DNA of 61,981 bases, filler included. It is 13 parts of 13 records of this genome, joined end to end, with 100 filler letters (N's around TTAATTAATTAA, not from the genome) between each part and the next. Parts side by side here need not be neighbours in the genome. Positions count along the whole stretch, not along the records: positions 22,389 to 29,250 come from SRR7504441_27442; positions 29,351 to 33,078 come from SRR7504441_27456; positions 33,179 to 37,397 come from SRR7504441_27461; 10 more parts are not named here. One strand, 5' to 3'. Numbering within the stretch: the stretch's first letter is position 1; every line of letters starts with the position of its first letter. The position numbers and the translations under genes were made by a program. The notes beneath the pieces were generated by a model. The model made no database searches and was not told where the DNA came from. It saw nothing but the letters and a program-made list of their open reading frames with translations. Positions 25,195-36,260 of this stretch are shown here, one piece after another.

Positions 25195-26271
25195 ATGGAC
25201 CGAGTGATCTGGGTGGCGGCTTTGATCGCGGGCGGTTTGGCGGCGGAGATTCGGCGGCCGGTGCTGGACCTGGTGAGCGTGGCGGCCCACCGGGCAGACG
25301 GCAACCTGCGCGACCCGAGCCCAGCCGTCAGAGACCCGGCGACCGGCCGCTGGCACTTCTGGGTGGACTTCATCGCGGGGAGCCACCAGCCTGGCTGGCA
25401 CGCCGCACTGCACCACTACTCGGCCGAGGCGATCACGGGGCCGTGGCGGACGCACGGGCAGGCTATCAACCACTCGGCCGACCCAGCCGCATGGGACTCC
25501 GCCGGTACTTTCTCGCCGTCTGCGCTCTACAGCCCGGACGAGCGACTTTGGTACTTGTTCTACTCAGCCTCCAGCGCCAACCAGTCGGCCTTGCTCACCT
25601 GCGCCCAGATGGTGGCCTCAGCCAGCTCGCCTGATGGGCCATGGACCAAGCTCGGCGTTGTGGGCCAGCCGACCGGCAGTCCGCCGGCCTGGGGTCCGTA
25701 CGCCTGGAACGCTCGGAGGCTCGACTCTGGCCGCGCACTGGTGATAGGCGGACGGAAGGGCTATTGGACCAAGGGCGTGTCGGGGCCTGTGGGCAAGCTC
25801 AATTCGGTGGCGCAGGAGGGCTTGTATCGGCCTGTGGACCCCGCGACGTTCCGGCCACCATGGAAGGAGTTTCCATCTAACCCTATATTTCCTACCGCCC
25901 AGTTCAACCCGCCCGGGTACGAGAACTGCGAGTTCTTTATGGGCCCGCCTGGTGAGGCTGGCGAGCCGCGGGGGCTGCTGCATGTGATCTGCTGCTGGCA
26001 CGGGAACCCCTTCCCCACTCAAGGTCACTATGCACACATAGTCGTCAATCTCACCTCGAGCCCGTACGGGCTAAATTGGCGGTACGTCGAGTCGATTTCG
26101 CCGGGGAATAGCTCGCTGGCGAGAGAGCTGCAGCCGGGCGAGCCGACTCCCGTGTACGAGGGAGTGCCGGGCGACCAGGCGGCTGTCAACTATTTCATCG
26201 CTCGGATGGGCGACGGTAATACAGGGGCCGGCGCGCTGTCTATCGGGGTGTACAGGCTGACCTGGGTGTGA
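25195..26271 (+). CDS. Secreted five-bladed beta-propeller glycoside hydrolase (GH117/GH43-like)
   Basis: Signal peptide; LRDPS..RDPATGRWHFW, WDSAGTFSPS, WYLFYSA, A.SPDGPWTK, NPIF, YENCE; intronless. Confidence 0.7.
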   Translation: MDRVIWVAALIAGGLAAEIRRPVLDLVSVAAHRADGNLRDPSPAVRDPATGRWHFWVDFIAGSHQPGWHAALHHYSAEAITGPWRTHGQAINHSADPAAWDSAGTFSPSALYSPDERLWYLFYSASSANQSALLTCAQMVASASSPDGPWTKLGVVGQPTGSPPAWGPYAWNARRLDSGRALVIGGRKGYWTKGVSGPVGKLNSVAQEGLYRPVDPATFRPPWKEFPSNPIFPTAQFNPPGYENCEFFMGPPGEAGEPRGLLHVICCWHGNPFPTQGHYAHIVVNLTSSPYGLNWRYVESISPGNSSLARELQPGEPTPVYEGVPGDQAAVNYFIARMGDGNTGAGALSIGVYRLTWV

Positions 26272-26307
26272 AATCCGGCATGCTAAGGCTCGATCACTAA
26301 ACGAGCA

Positions 26308-26694
26308 TCAATCTAAGTACCGTAACGTACCGTATATTATTTGATCCACTCTCAGCTGACGTGACACGACGCTCATGAAGAAGCCGATCGCAATCGAGAG
26401 CGGCGTGGAAATGTAGCCGGAGTAGTTGTGACAGTAGTTGCACCAGGCCAGAAAGCCGTAGCGCTGCTCCTGGTAGCTGGCCGAGAAGACGAAATACAGC
26501 ACCAACCAGAACAGCACTTCGCCCCAGAGCACCCGCCATATGCTCGCCCGCCACAGCCGGAGCAGCTTGATCAGCCCGAAGAAATCGGTCACGAAGTTGA
26601 GGCCTTTCTGGCTCCATTCGGAGGCGAAGGTTTGTCGCCGGCCGCCCTGGTACGATCTGAAGCTCGGGATGTCGTAGAACTTGCTCTTCACCAT
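26308..26694 (-). pseudogene. Bestrophin N-terminal fragment (truncated after TM2)
   Basis: LLRLWRASIWRVLWGEVLFWLVLYF...YCHNY...PLSIAIGFFMSVV matches the bestrophin N-terminus (LLLRWRGSIYK..., PISFVLGFYVTLVV); homology stops before RWW and the frame runs into AT-rich DNA. Confidence 0.7.
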
Positions 26695-26798
26695 GAGCAA
26701 CGCCTGTTCGCCGGCCTAGAGCACGCGAGATCGTCTTTGTATTCGTGACTCTCAACTGACGGCTTTATGTCCGTTATCTGCGGTTGTGGTCTTGTGGG
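26695..26798. promoter_or_regulatory. Bidirectional spacer with TCCGTTA (26770-26776)
   Basis: Between the bestrophin stub and the TPR gene. Confidence 0.6.
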
Positions 26799-28949
26799 AT
26801 GGAGCAAGCTGGACAGGCGCCCGCTTCGCCGCACGCGCTGGCGACCTTGGACCCGGCCGAGGCCGCACTCGAGGCCAAAGTGGCGGCCCGGCTGGCTGCC
26901 CGGGCCACCGAGGCCAAGCTGGCCGTCCTGGACCGCCCGCTTCCGCCGTCCCCACTGTCGGACGCCACCCAGTGGCCCGCCCGCGCCAGCGAGCTGGTCA
27001 GACGCGCCCAGGCCGCCATCGGGCCGGGCGCGCCGGCGGGGCACCCGGCGCTGCTCGAGCCAAGCCCGCCGCTCGGTCCGGGCGGAGAGGTCGGGCGGGT
27101 GAGCCCAGACTTGTTTGGCGCGGCCGAGTTGGGCGAGATGTGCGCCGGAGTGGCTGTCTGGATGGACCGGGAGATGCGCGGACAGTTTGACGACAAGCAC
27201 GACCCGTTCCGCTGGATGATCCACCTCGGGCTTTGCGCTGAGCTCCCCGAGCGGCTTGACACCGAGCTGAGCTGTGTGCTGGAACCTGGAGCCAGCGGAG
27301 CTGTGATCGACCGCACCCTGGTACGGCCTGGCTTTGGCGGCTGCCAGCCCGGACGGCAGGCGGCGATTCGGAGCGGGGACTTTGAGCTGGCGGCGAGCAG
27401 CGCGGCTGAGGCTGTCGAGGTCGCCACAGCCCATCAGGAGAGCACTCAGCGCGCGAGAGCGATGGTGGCGCAGGCGGTCACGGCGCGCCGGTCCGGGGAC
27501 CCATCGCGGGCAGTGGCGCTGGGCCAGCAGGCAGCGGCTGCAGCGGTCGAGGCCGAGGATGCGCGCGGGCTGGCCGAGAGTGTGAGCGGGCTGGCGGCGG
27601 TGCTAGCGAGCCAAGGCTGCCTCGACGAAAGCATAAAATTACTTGAATCCGCGCTCAGTTCGCTTCCAGAGAAGCTGCCGGCTACCCGGGGACTGCTTTT
27701 GGCCCGGCTGGGGGTGGTCCTGCTCAACCAAAGTGCGCTGCTAGTTAGTATGGTCAGCCGCTCACTGTACGGTGATTTAGGTGAGTACCACCCAGCAGCA
27801 TGGGCGCTCCACGAGGCCGCACAGCTGCTAGCGGCGGCAGGGGACCGTTCTGCCGCCGCCCAGAGCCGGCTGAGCAAGGCGCTGGCTCTCGAGGGCCACG
27901 GGAGAGAGCTTTTGCCATATGCCGGGAAGGGATTTTCTCGCAGAGGTGAGGGCTTGATATCAGCAGCACTCGGTGTGGAGGAAGTGCTCGAATGGTCGCT
28001 GGCTGAGGGGGACAAGGCGCTGGCGGGCCGGGCGCATCTGCAGCTGGCGAGGTGAGGGCCAGGGCAGGGGCGTGGCGCGAGTGGTGGGCAGGCTGCATCA
28101 TGGCGAAGGCCGAATGTTGTTGGCTACGCAACACGCCCGTAAAGGGCTCCGGTGTAGTGAAGCTACCGGTGATCAGGTGGGCCGGCTGATGGGTCATCAG
28201 ATGCTTGGAGTGGTGTTGAGCGAGCACGGGGATGACCTTGACGGAGGGCTCGAACATCTCAACTCCGCGCTGATGATCGCTCACGAGTGTCGGAGCGTTC
28301 AGCTGTGTGTGGTGGCGTACCAGTCGCTCTGCGGCCTCTTTTACAAAATGTCGGCAATCTGCCACAAGTATAGCTCGCCTGCAGCCGGCACAGCGTACGG
28401 TGCCTGGACGAGAGGGTTTGCAAGCTTGACCGACGCGCCCAAGAGCGACACGTGGGGACTGGACACAGATAGGGTCGACCCGACCGCCCACTACTCGACT
28501 GTGCGGGTGCACCAGCCGTCGGACGCAGCCCCGTGGACTCAGATGACGTTTGATGAGTTTTGCACTCAGGTGTACAACTTTCAACACAAGCCGGTATGTG
28601 TAATGCGCGCCGGATCGGACTGACTGGATTGCAGGTTGAGTTGATCGAGAAGCTCGAGCCCCTCACACACTGGAAGCCGCCAGCATACACCGCTGAGCCG
28701 ACCAAGCCTGGGGAGAGCGTAGGTGTGCTGGAGAAAATGGACCGGGTGCGCGAGAAGGCGGAGTATGCTCGAGGCAAAAAGCGGGAGGTGATCGCGCGGA
28801 GGGTGGGAGAACTAGAGGAGACAGAGCGATTCCTGGAGGTGTGGGGACTGACGGAGCCGGAGCTTCAGCGGCTGAGCATGCTGACCGATCCGTTTGATCA
28901 CCACGCGCTCAAGGAGATCCCTACTGAGACCACCTGCCTGGCGGATTAG
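26799..28949 (+). CDS. TPR-like helical repeat protein
   Basis: Repeated A...LG......G....A patterns (LAAVLASQGCLDESI, LARLGVVLL, HQMLGVVLSEHGDDLDGGLEHL); mini-introns join ORFs 26784, 27973 and 28560. Confidence 0.6.
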
Positions 28950-29736
28950 GCTCTACATGTAATTCTCCGCATTATGTGTGGTCACATCGTGCCTCTATGA
29001 GTATTTAACTCACTTCCATTAATTTTAATTCGGGTCATGATTGTGTGAGTACATGTACGTACTGCGTACAATCATGTATTGAATATAATTTGCACTCACA
29101 TGATTGTATTGTAATCAATTAGTAATCAAGCATAACTAAAGCTAGCATTTGAAACGTCGGCTTGTCGATGTTAGTGACTACACTGTATGCCCATCGCCAA
29201 GCTCAGAGTACACATCACTCCCGAGGATGGCAGTCATGTAAAAAAAGAACNNNNNNNNNNNNNNNNNNNNNNNNNNNNNNNNNNNNNNNNNNNNTTAATT
29301 AATTAANNNNNNNNNNNNNNNNNNNNNNNNNNNNNNNNNNNNNNNNNNNNGTGAGTGGGTGAGTGCCCAAGTGCCAAGACAAAATATTACAATACGAGCA
29401 TGAATACGAGTACGACAAGTACGAGTACACGTGTGCACGGCCAGCACGGCTTTCAGCTCTTAGTAGCTTATTAGTAGCTAACAATTAAATCAATGTACAA
29501 AAATTAAATGATAATGACGGCCAACGCTAAGTTTGTGCATCAAGGGCTTGGAATGGGTGTCTGTCCGGTGGCCCACCGCAGCGTGATGAACTCCTCACCG
29601 CAGTTCTCACAGCTAGCTGCAGTCATGAACGTGGCTCTCACCTTGATGCTCTTGAAAATCAAATCACCCTGGCGCTCAAACACCGGGCTTCACCGTGATG
29701 CCTCATGATGTCTGGTCACTGATTTGCGCTCGGTGA

Positions 29737-32700
29737 ATGCCAGCGGGGAACGAGCCCAAGAGGGCGAAGCGCCCGCCAGCGGCCCGAAAGCGCAAGAGGA
29801 CGGAGCAGAAAGCCGGCTCGGTGCCGCGGAGCGACCAGGCCAGCGGGGGCGCGGAACAGCACAAGTCAAACCCAGCGCCTGGAGGAGCTGGCCAGAAGGA
29901 GCTGTGGAGCGTGCAGCGCCAGGAAGAGCTGGCCAGAACACACCACAAGGAGGTCACGCGCATTCTGGAGCGCCTTCGCCGGCAGGATGAGTATTTGATC
30001 TTCGACCGGCAGACGGTGACGCGCCACGAGATCGGCTCCCCGGGCGCGGTCACCGAGTTCTTCGAGGGGCAGGTCCTCTGCTGGGCTGCGCCGCGCCTGA
30101 CTGGGCTGGGTGCAGACTGTGATGGTGTCGGATCCGATGTCGGCCCAGAACGAGAATCAGGAGCCCGGGATCGTGATGGCCAGGGAGGACGACGGCAGCT
30201 ACCGGGTCAAGTCCCTGTTCGACGGGCGGATCTACTGCGTCGAAAGCAAATTCGTGAGCAGCTCCGACGAGCACCGTGCTGATCGCGTGCGCCGGAAAGC
30301 CAAAAAGCCAGTCGATGGCTCCAGCTGCTCAAGCCTGGCCAACAGCAGTGGCACAGCGAACGGCGCCACCTCCACTGCGCTGGACCCGCCTCTGCCGACC
30401 CCTGTCGTGTTCCTGGACGACCTGGAGGCTAATCTGGCTGCCCGCGTGTACACAGTGAACCCAGCACAGGCGGCCAGCAGGCCGACAGTTGCTATCGACT
30501 GGAATCGAATCCGATCTGACTTTGAACAAATGTGTCAGAAGGTGATGAACCGATTCGAACCAGTCAACCAGGTGTGCGCAGCTGCTGTGCTAGTGGCAGC
30601 GCCTCACTCGGGCCGGGTGCAGCCTGGGTGTCCGCACTGGGTGGCCAAGAAGCTGCTTGGGCTGGGGGGCGAGTGGTTCCAGAGGTCTCAGGAGAAAATG
30701 ACCACGGATTGTGATAAAATGTTTGTGGAAGAGGTGATTGACCAGAATCGCGAGGCTGCTGTCCAGGTCAGGCTGCCCTGTGCTGGTCAGGTCTGACTGG
30801 CGACAGGGCGAGTGGCGCAAGACAGCGTTCCCTGCCAGGCAGTATGTGCACCTGGAACACTATGAGCCAGTGGATGATATTGACCAGCAAGACCAGCTGG
30901 TGCGTGGTGCGGGAGATTCCGGCCGAGCCCATAGTGCAGGTGGTCCAGAGGCAGATGGAGACCTCAGCAGAGACCGGCATCCTTCGGTACGATTACGCCT
31001 ACAGCGGAGGCCAGAACCGAAATCAGCATGGAAAGAACAAAGTTCAGGCGGAGCTAGAGGCCAAGACAGAGGTATCGCGTCCGCTATCCTGCCTGAAAGC
31101 TTACGAGTGGCTCCCAGGTTAGGATGTGGCTGGACGGAATCCTGACTCAGGTGGAGAACTCGATTCGACTGGAGAACGATCAAGCCCAGGCTGACTGTTA
31201 CCGGGGGATGAAGCTGGACGAAGCAGAGCTCAAGGAAAGCGCTGTGTGGGGCATCGATTGCTACACCAGGTGCAACGTAGAGCTGGTGCTGGAGACGCAG
31301 GCAGCACAGTCAGCATTTAATGGCAAGAGCAAGCTCTGGCGAGAAAGGTTTGTTGAAAAGTGCCTGCTGCCTGCCATCAACAGACAAGACGCAGAAAACG
31401 CTCATAGGATGGAAGTAGCCCTGCAAGACATCGCTGCCAGTAGTGAAGATGCGCAAGAGCGGCTAGCCGCCGAGGCAATACTCGAGTGGTTCAACATAAT
31501 GGGCCCGGACTACTTCAAAATACATCCTAAAGGGACTGGGGTCCTCTGCGGACAAAAGGCTGGGATCGAAGCCGATATTTTTATACAGCAATACCTGGGA
31601 CAGGTTGTGCCTCCCTGGCGCTGGTGCGAGATGCAGGATGGAATCGAGGCCTGTCAGCTGAAGCGCAGCTGTAAGCCCACGTTGCCTGACTTCTACAACA
31701 TGTTGCTTGAATGCCACAAAGATGATTCACGAGGATACGCTGTGCTCTATGTGGATGCGAGCATGAAGGGAAACTTGGCCAGTAGCTTGAGCCATTCATG
31801 CAACCCAAACTGTGAAGCCACTGTCGCTGCAATCAACGGCGGGTATGCAATTGCCTTGTACTCTCGGCGCAAGATTGAGTATGGCGAAGAGCTCACCATT
31901 GACTACTCTGCTGCCACCAACAACTTGACCGAGTGTCATGCTGCAGTCTGCCTCTGTGGTACTCAGCTCTGCCGTGGGACCTTTCTGCGATATCTTGAGG
32001 ACGAAGTAGGCTCTTATCTCGAGTCTCACCACACCATCTGTCACCGACTAGCCTTGCTGGCCTTTTCAAGTTGCCAAGGGGAGCGATCGCGCATCATAGA
32101 TATGGACAAGCTGAGCCGGCATGGCCTGCGGGCTGGCGCCTTGCGAGACAACCCACTATGGCTCAGGCGGTATGCCTCTCTGGTGCTAAGCTTCATCGAG
32201 AGTGAGCGGGCAAATGCCCAGCAGCAGGAGACGATCACGGGTCAGGAGGCCTATTTCCAAGCTGAGTCTATGTCTCGAATGCAGTTTGAAGAGCGGGTGC
32301 AGAATGTGGCCATCACTCAGGACCGTGTGCGCCACATTCTGTCCCTATTCATGGCCCAGACGCAGTTGACGAGCAAAGAAGCACCAGCGCCTTTCCACGT
32401 GCTGTCGGAAGAACAAATATGTGCCATGCTCTGGAGCTCAGAGACCTCAGTCGCAGCCCAATTGGTGAAAGCTGTGTCAGCGTATGAAGTCCAGAAACAA
32501 GTTAAACAGTCTAGCAAAGTTACACACAAACTGCAGCAGATATTGCTCAGTAAGCAATGCACATCCATTGCTGACTGTCGTGCCGGGCTGCGGCTTCTGC
32601 GCTCCCAGCTCCCAGCCAAAGATGCTTCTCACAATGCAGCTCGCGATTTGCTCACGCTCTATATCAACACCCGGCTGTTTTTCAAGGTACATCCATACCT

Positions 32701-33078
32701 CACAGATGGTGGCAAGGTGCCCTCCAAGCCAGTAAGGGTCATGGCCAAGGACCTGGATGGCGTGTTGCTTGCCCGCTACAAGACACAGCATATGATGACC
32801 ACACCACAGAATGGGCCAGTGCGGAAGAAAGTCTGCACAGAGAAAGAAACGCGGAAAGGGCACCAAGTGACACCGTGGCATTTGACCCTGAGCGGCTCAG
32901 ATGGCGAGATTATTGTGTGTAGGGACAAACAGGCAGTGCTCCGGTGGGATGAAGAGACTCAGTGCCTGCGTGCAGAGCTTGAAGACAGTCTAGTCTCGCT
33001 CAGCACATTTGAGCAGATGAGCGGTAGTAACTCCCACAATCCCAAGAAGTCAATCCGGCTCAAGTCTAGTGGTCGCAC
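29737..33078 (+). CDS. SET-domain histone methyltransferase, ATXR3/SDG2-like, 3'-partial
   Basis: VWGIDCYT, HPKGTGVLC, YLGQVVPPWRW.E.QDGI, PDFYNMLLE..KDD..GY.VLYVDA..KGN.ASSLSHSCNPNC, GEELTIDY, post-SET CLCGTQLCRGTFL. Confidence 0.88.
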
Positions 33079-33310
33079 NNNNNNNNNNNNNNNNNNNNNN
33101 NNNNNNNNNNNNNNNNNNNNNNTTAATTAATTAANNNNNNNNNNNNNNNNNNNNNNNNNNNNNNNNNNNNNNNNNNNNCATTGAAGCCACCGGCTTTCTA
33201 CACGTACTTCGGCATGAATACAATTTCTGTAGTGTCAGATCACTGCACTTCAATATTTCAATATGTACAACATGATAATTATTCACAAGTGCTCACATCC
33301 GACTGTCTTA

Positions 33311-35056
33311 CTAACTAGGACCACTGGCACCGAAACCGCCCGAACTCGTATTCACCGTAGCATGCATGCTCGCGAGCAGAGCGGCTACGGCCTCGTGGCC
33401 TCCCCCTAGCGCCAGCTCGTACGGCGTGCCGTGCCTGCCTCGCCCGCAAGGGTTGCTCGCCAACGACAGCGCCCGGTCCAGCTGGCCACACGCCTTGAGT
33501 GCCTCGATCAACTCCTCGACCACCGCCTCCCTCCCGTGATACGCCGCCTGGTGCAGCGCAGTATGGTACCACGGCCCGCCATTGGTAACCATTGGGTCGG
33601 CGCCTTCAGCCAACAGCGTGCGGATTTTGTCACGATTATCCGTATTCCTTGCAGCTTCGTTCAACTCGGCGTCGATCGACTTCTCAGAGAACTGTCGGGC
33701 CAGCCCAACCGCCTCGTCGGACAGCTCCCCGTCAGCCCCGACCAGAGCGGCCAGGGCATCTTGCTTGTCGAAACCCATCTCCTGTAGCAGCCACGCGTTC
33801 AGCTCCAGCACGTTCTGTTCAGGGTCTGCTGAATCCGGCGGGCTGCTGGCGGCGGGCGGGGCGGCTTGCCGCTGTGTGCGAGCTGCAAGTTGGATGGCCT
33901 GGGCCACCAATGCGTGCGGCCGGCCGTGCGATTTCGACAGCTGGCCAGGGTTGTCAACGAGGAATTGTACAGTGGTGCTCAGGTGCTGCTGCAGCCGACC
34001 CACCGCCTTGTGGTCAACACAGCCGGCAATCGCCCGCATGAACGGCCCTAGCACGAGCAAGCCGGCCCCGAGAAGCGGCTTGGGGACTTTGTGGAATAGC
34101 GGCTCTACTGTGTGAAGCAGTCTGCACAGCTCCTGTGACTCACGGGGAAACCGGCAGCACAGCTGCTCGACGCACTGGTTGAGCGGGGACTTGAGCAGTC
34201 CGGCCAGCGTGTGGGGGTGATCTGGGATAACCGGATCGTACTGAACCCTCACACTTGCAGGCAGTGCGCCGTGGTGCACCGCACACAGGCTGTGCTCGCC
34301 GAGTCGGCCCCGCCAGCGCACCCCGCGTATCGGCCCGCACGAGCACTGCTCGCACCGCACCCCCGGATGCTCGCCCTCGCACTGCGGCTCCTCCGCTCCG
34401 CCAATCACCTCCAGGGAAACCCAGAGCCGCTGCCCAAACCGCCTCTCCCGCGGCAGCGCAGTGGCCAGCCGCCAATAGGTGACGTACGGCCCTGGCTGAT
34501 CGGGGGCCCGGAGCCGCGCCGACACCTCCACTTCCTGGTTGGGCACAACTGACCCCTCCACAGGGGCCTCAGTCTCGCCCTCGAATAGACTTCCCCCCAC
34601 GTGGATCAGCCGGGAACCCTCGGGCCAGCAAGTGGGGCCCGTGTTCCGGAGCCGCCAGGTCTTGACAAACCACTCGCCCGGGGCGCACCGCCAGCCGTCC
34701 GGCCCAGTGACGTGTGCCACGAACCTGGCCTGAGGCACCGCGCACGGCCCCGCACAAGCCGCCAGGGTGCGCCGCGGCTCGGGGCAAGCCGTCGGGTGCT
34801 CCGGGAGGGTGACGGTGAGTCGGATCCGCCGGTCCGCCTCCAGGTGGGCGACGGCCTCGTCCAGGTCCGGAGGGCTGGCTATGGTGATGAGGTCGCCGTC
34901 CTCGTCCGTGTACGTGAGCCGGAGCGGGGAGTCCGGCGGGAGCTCGAAGGCCCGGCGGACGCCGGACTGGAGGGCGGGCAGTGTGAGCTCGACCTCGGCC
35001 CACCGCCGCAGGTCGCCCCCCAGGTCGGCCTTGACGATCCAGGGCGGCTCAGCCAT
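33311..35056 (-). CDS. NBR1-like selective autophagy receptor with C-terminal ankyrin repeats
   Basis: PB1 (IVKADLGGDLRR..LTYTDEDGDLITI), NBR1/FW domain (FVKTWRLRNTG..WP..FGQRLWV), ZZ-like (HPGVRCEQC..GPIRGVRW), UBA (LQEMGFDKQDALAAL), ankyrin (TALHQAAYHGREAVVEELI). Confidence 0.8.
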   Translation of the reverse strand: MAEPPWIVKADLGGDLRRWAEVELTLPALQSGVRRAFELPPDSPLRLTYTDEDGDLITIASPPDLDEAVAHLEADRRIRLTVTLPEHPTACPEPRRTLAACAGPCAVPQARFVAHVTGPDGWRCAPGEWFVKTWRLRNTGPTCWPEGSRLIHVGGSLFEGETEAPVEGSVVPNQEVEVSARLRAPDQPGPYVTYWRLATALPRERRFGQRLWVSLEVIGGAEEPQCEGEHPGVRCEQCSCGPIRGVRWRGRLGEHSLCAVHHGALPASVRVQYDPVIPDHPHTLAGLLKSPLNQCVEQLCCRFPRESQELCRLLHTVEPLFHKVPKPLLGAGLLVLGPFMRAIAGCVDHKAVGRLQQHLSTTVQFLVDNPGQLSKSHGRPHALVAQAIQLAARTQRQAAPPAASSPPDSADPEQNVLELNAWLLQEMGFDKQDALAALVGADGELSDEAVGLARQFSEKSIDAELNEAARNTDNRDKIRTLLAEGADPMVTNGGPWYHTALHQAAYHGREAVVEELIEALKACGQLDRALSLASNPCGRGRHGTPYELALGGGHEAVAALLASMHATVNTSSGGFGASGPS

Positions 35057-35133
35057 GTGAGAGCTGCTCTGGTTGGTTGGTACAGGCCAGCTGTGGTGCT
35101 GATCCGTTGCCAATCCTGGGGAGCTCTGGGGCG
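35057..35133. promoter_or_regulatory. Bidirectional spacer with TCCGTTG (35103-35109)
   Basis: Between the NBR1-like and POLR3H starts. Confidence 0.65.
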
Positions 35134-36032
35134 ATGTTCGTGCTGGTCCAGCGGTGCGACAGGTGCGTGCTGGGGGCGGGCGGGCCGACCCGGCGGGCCC
35201 AGCCTGGTGATCCCGGCCCCACTGCTCCTGCACAACCACGCGGACGTGCTCAACAACATCTTGAGCAACAAGTACGCTGGGAAGGCGCGGGCGGCCCAGG
35301 CCCGGCGCCCACCCGCCGGGGCAGGTGCTGCTCGGCGAGGGGCTGTGCCTGGGGATATACGACATCACCGAGATGAGCGACGCGTTCGTCTTCCCCGGCA
35401 AGGGCGAGCCCACCGTCAAGGTCCGCCCGCCGAGCTGTGGGGCTCGAGCCACGGCCAGGTCCGATTCCGGGTGGTGGTCTTCCGGCCGTTCATAGGAGAG
35501 GTGATCATGGGCACCATCAAGAGCCTGGACGAGGACGGGTACCCGCCCCCCTCCGCCCGCCGGCGAGCCCGGCACAGGCTGATTGTGTCGCTCGGGTTCT
35601 CGGAAGAAATCGTTATCCCGGCCTCTTTCCTCAGGGAGCCGAGCGAGTACCGGCCCGAGTCGGAGGACCACACCGAGCACCCGCGAGCCGGCTGGGTCTG
35701 GCTCTACGAAGACCAGGACGAGAACGGTGGCTGCCTCACACAGCCGGGTCCGGGTGAGAGAGTTTGGTGCAGGGGACAGCAGTGAATCCAAGTTCTGGGC
35801 GGACGTGGGCGATTCAGTCCGGTTTCGGGTTCACGCGGTGCGCCGGCGGGAGGGGGGTGGGCAGCGGGGGCAGGTGCACTTTATGCAAGAGAAGCCGGGG
35901 GGCGAGGCGGGCGAGCCGGACACCGTGACGGGGAAGCTACTGGCTAGGTTGGATAGGAACAGCCCCCGGCCGATGTGGGTAGTGGGCACGCTCAACGAGG
36001 ACGGGCTAGGCCCGCCCAAGTGGTGGACCTAG
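35134..36032 (+). CDS. POLR3H: RNA polymerase III subunit RPC8/RPC25
   Basis: MFVL..D, NKYAGK/VLLGEGLCLGIYDI, VRFRVVVFRPFIGEVIMGTI, SLGFSEEIVIP, WVW, VRFRV, EDGLGPPKWW*; six mini-introns including GC-AG 35285-35324. Confidence 0.93.
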
Positions 36033-36260
36033 ACTTAGTAGTGTACATAATTATACATGCATAACAAACACTATACTGGTCGCCGGCTGTTGTGTAAACC
36101 GATTTGATTGCAGATATACTTGTCGCCGGCTATTGCAAACATAGTCTACTACTGTAGCGAGTGGCCGTACGATCGGCTCCTCCCCGCACCCCCCTCCCTT
36201 GCGCGTTCAACCGGCCTCCCAGGCGAGCCCGCGAGCCACCTCGGACCGCCCCCATTCAGC

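Noticed and set aside
29582-29723. Possible C/D snoRNA (GTGATGA...CTGA)
   Set aside because: No terminal stem or recognisable rRNA guide; short boxes arise by chance.
33311-35791. 826-aa ORF and other long antisense or overlapping ORFs
   Set aside because: High-GC shadow ORFs; real homology starts at Met 35056 (PB1), and the upstream part is antisense to POLR3H.
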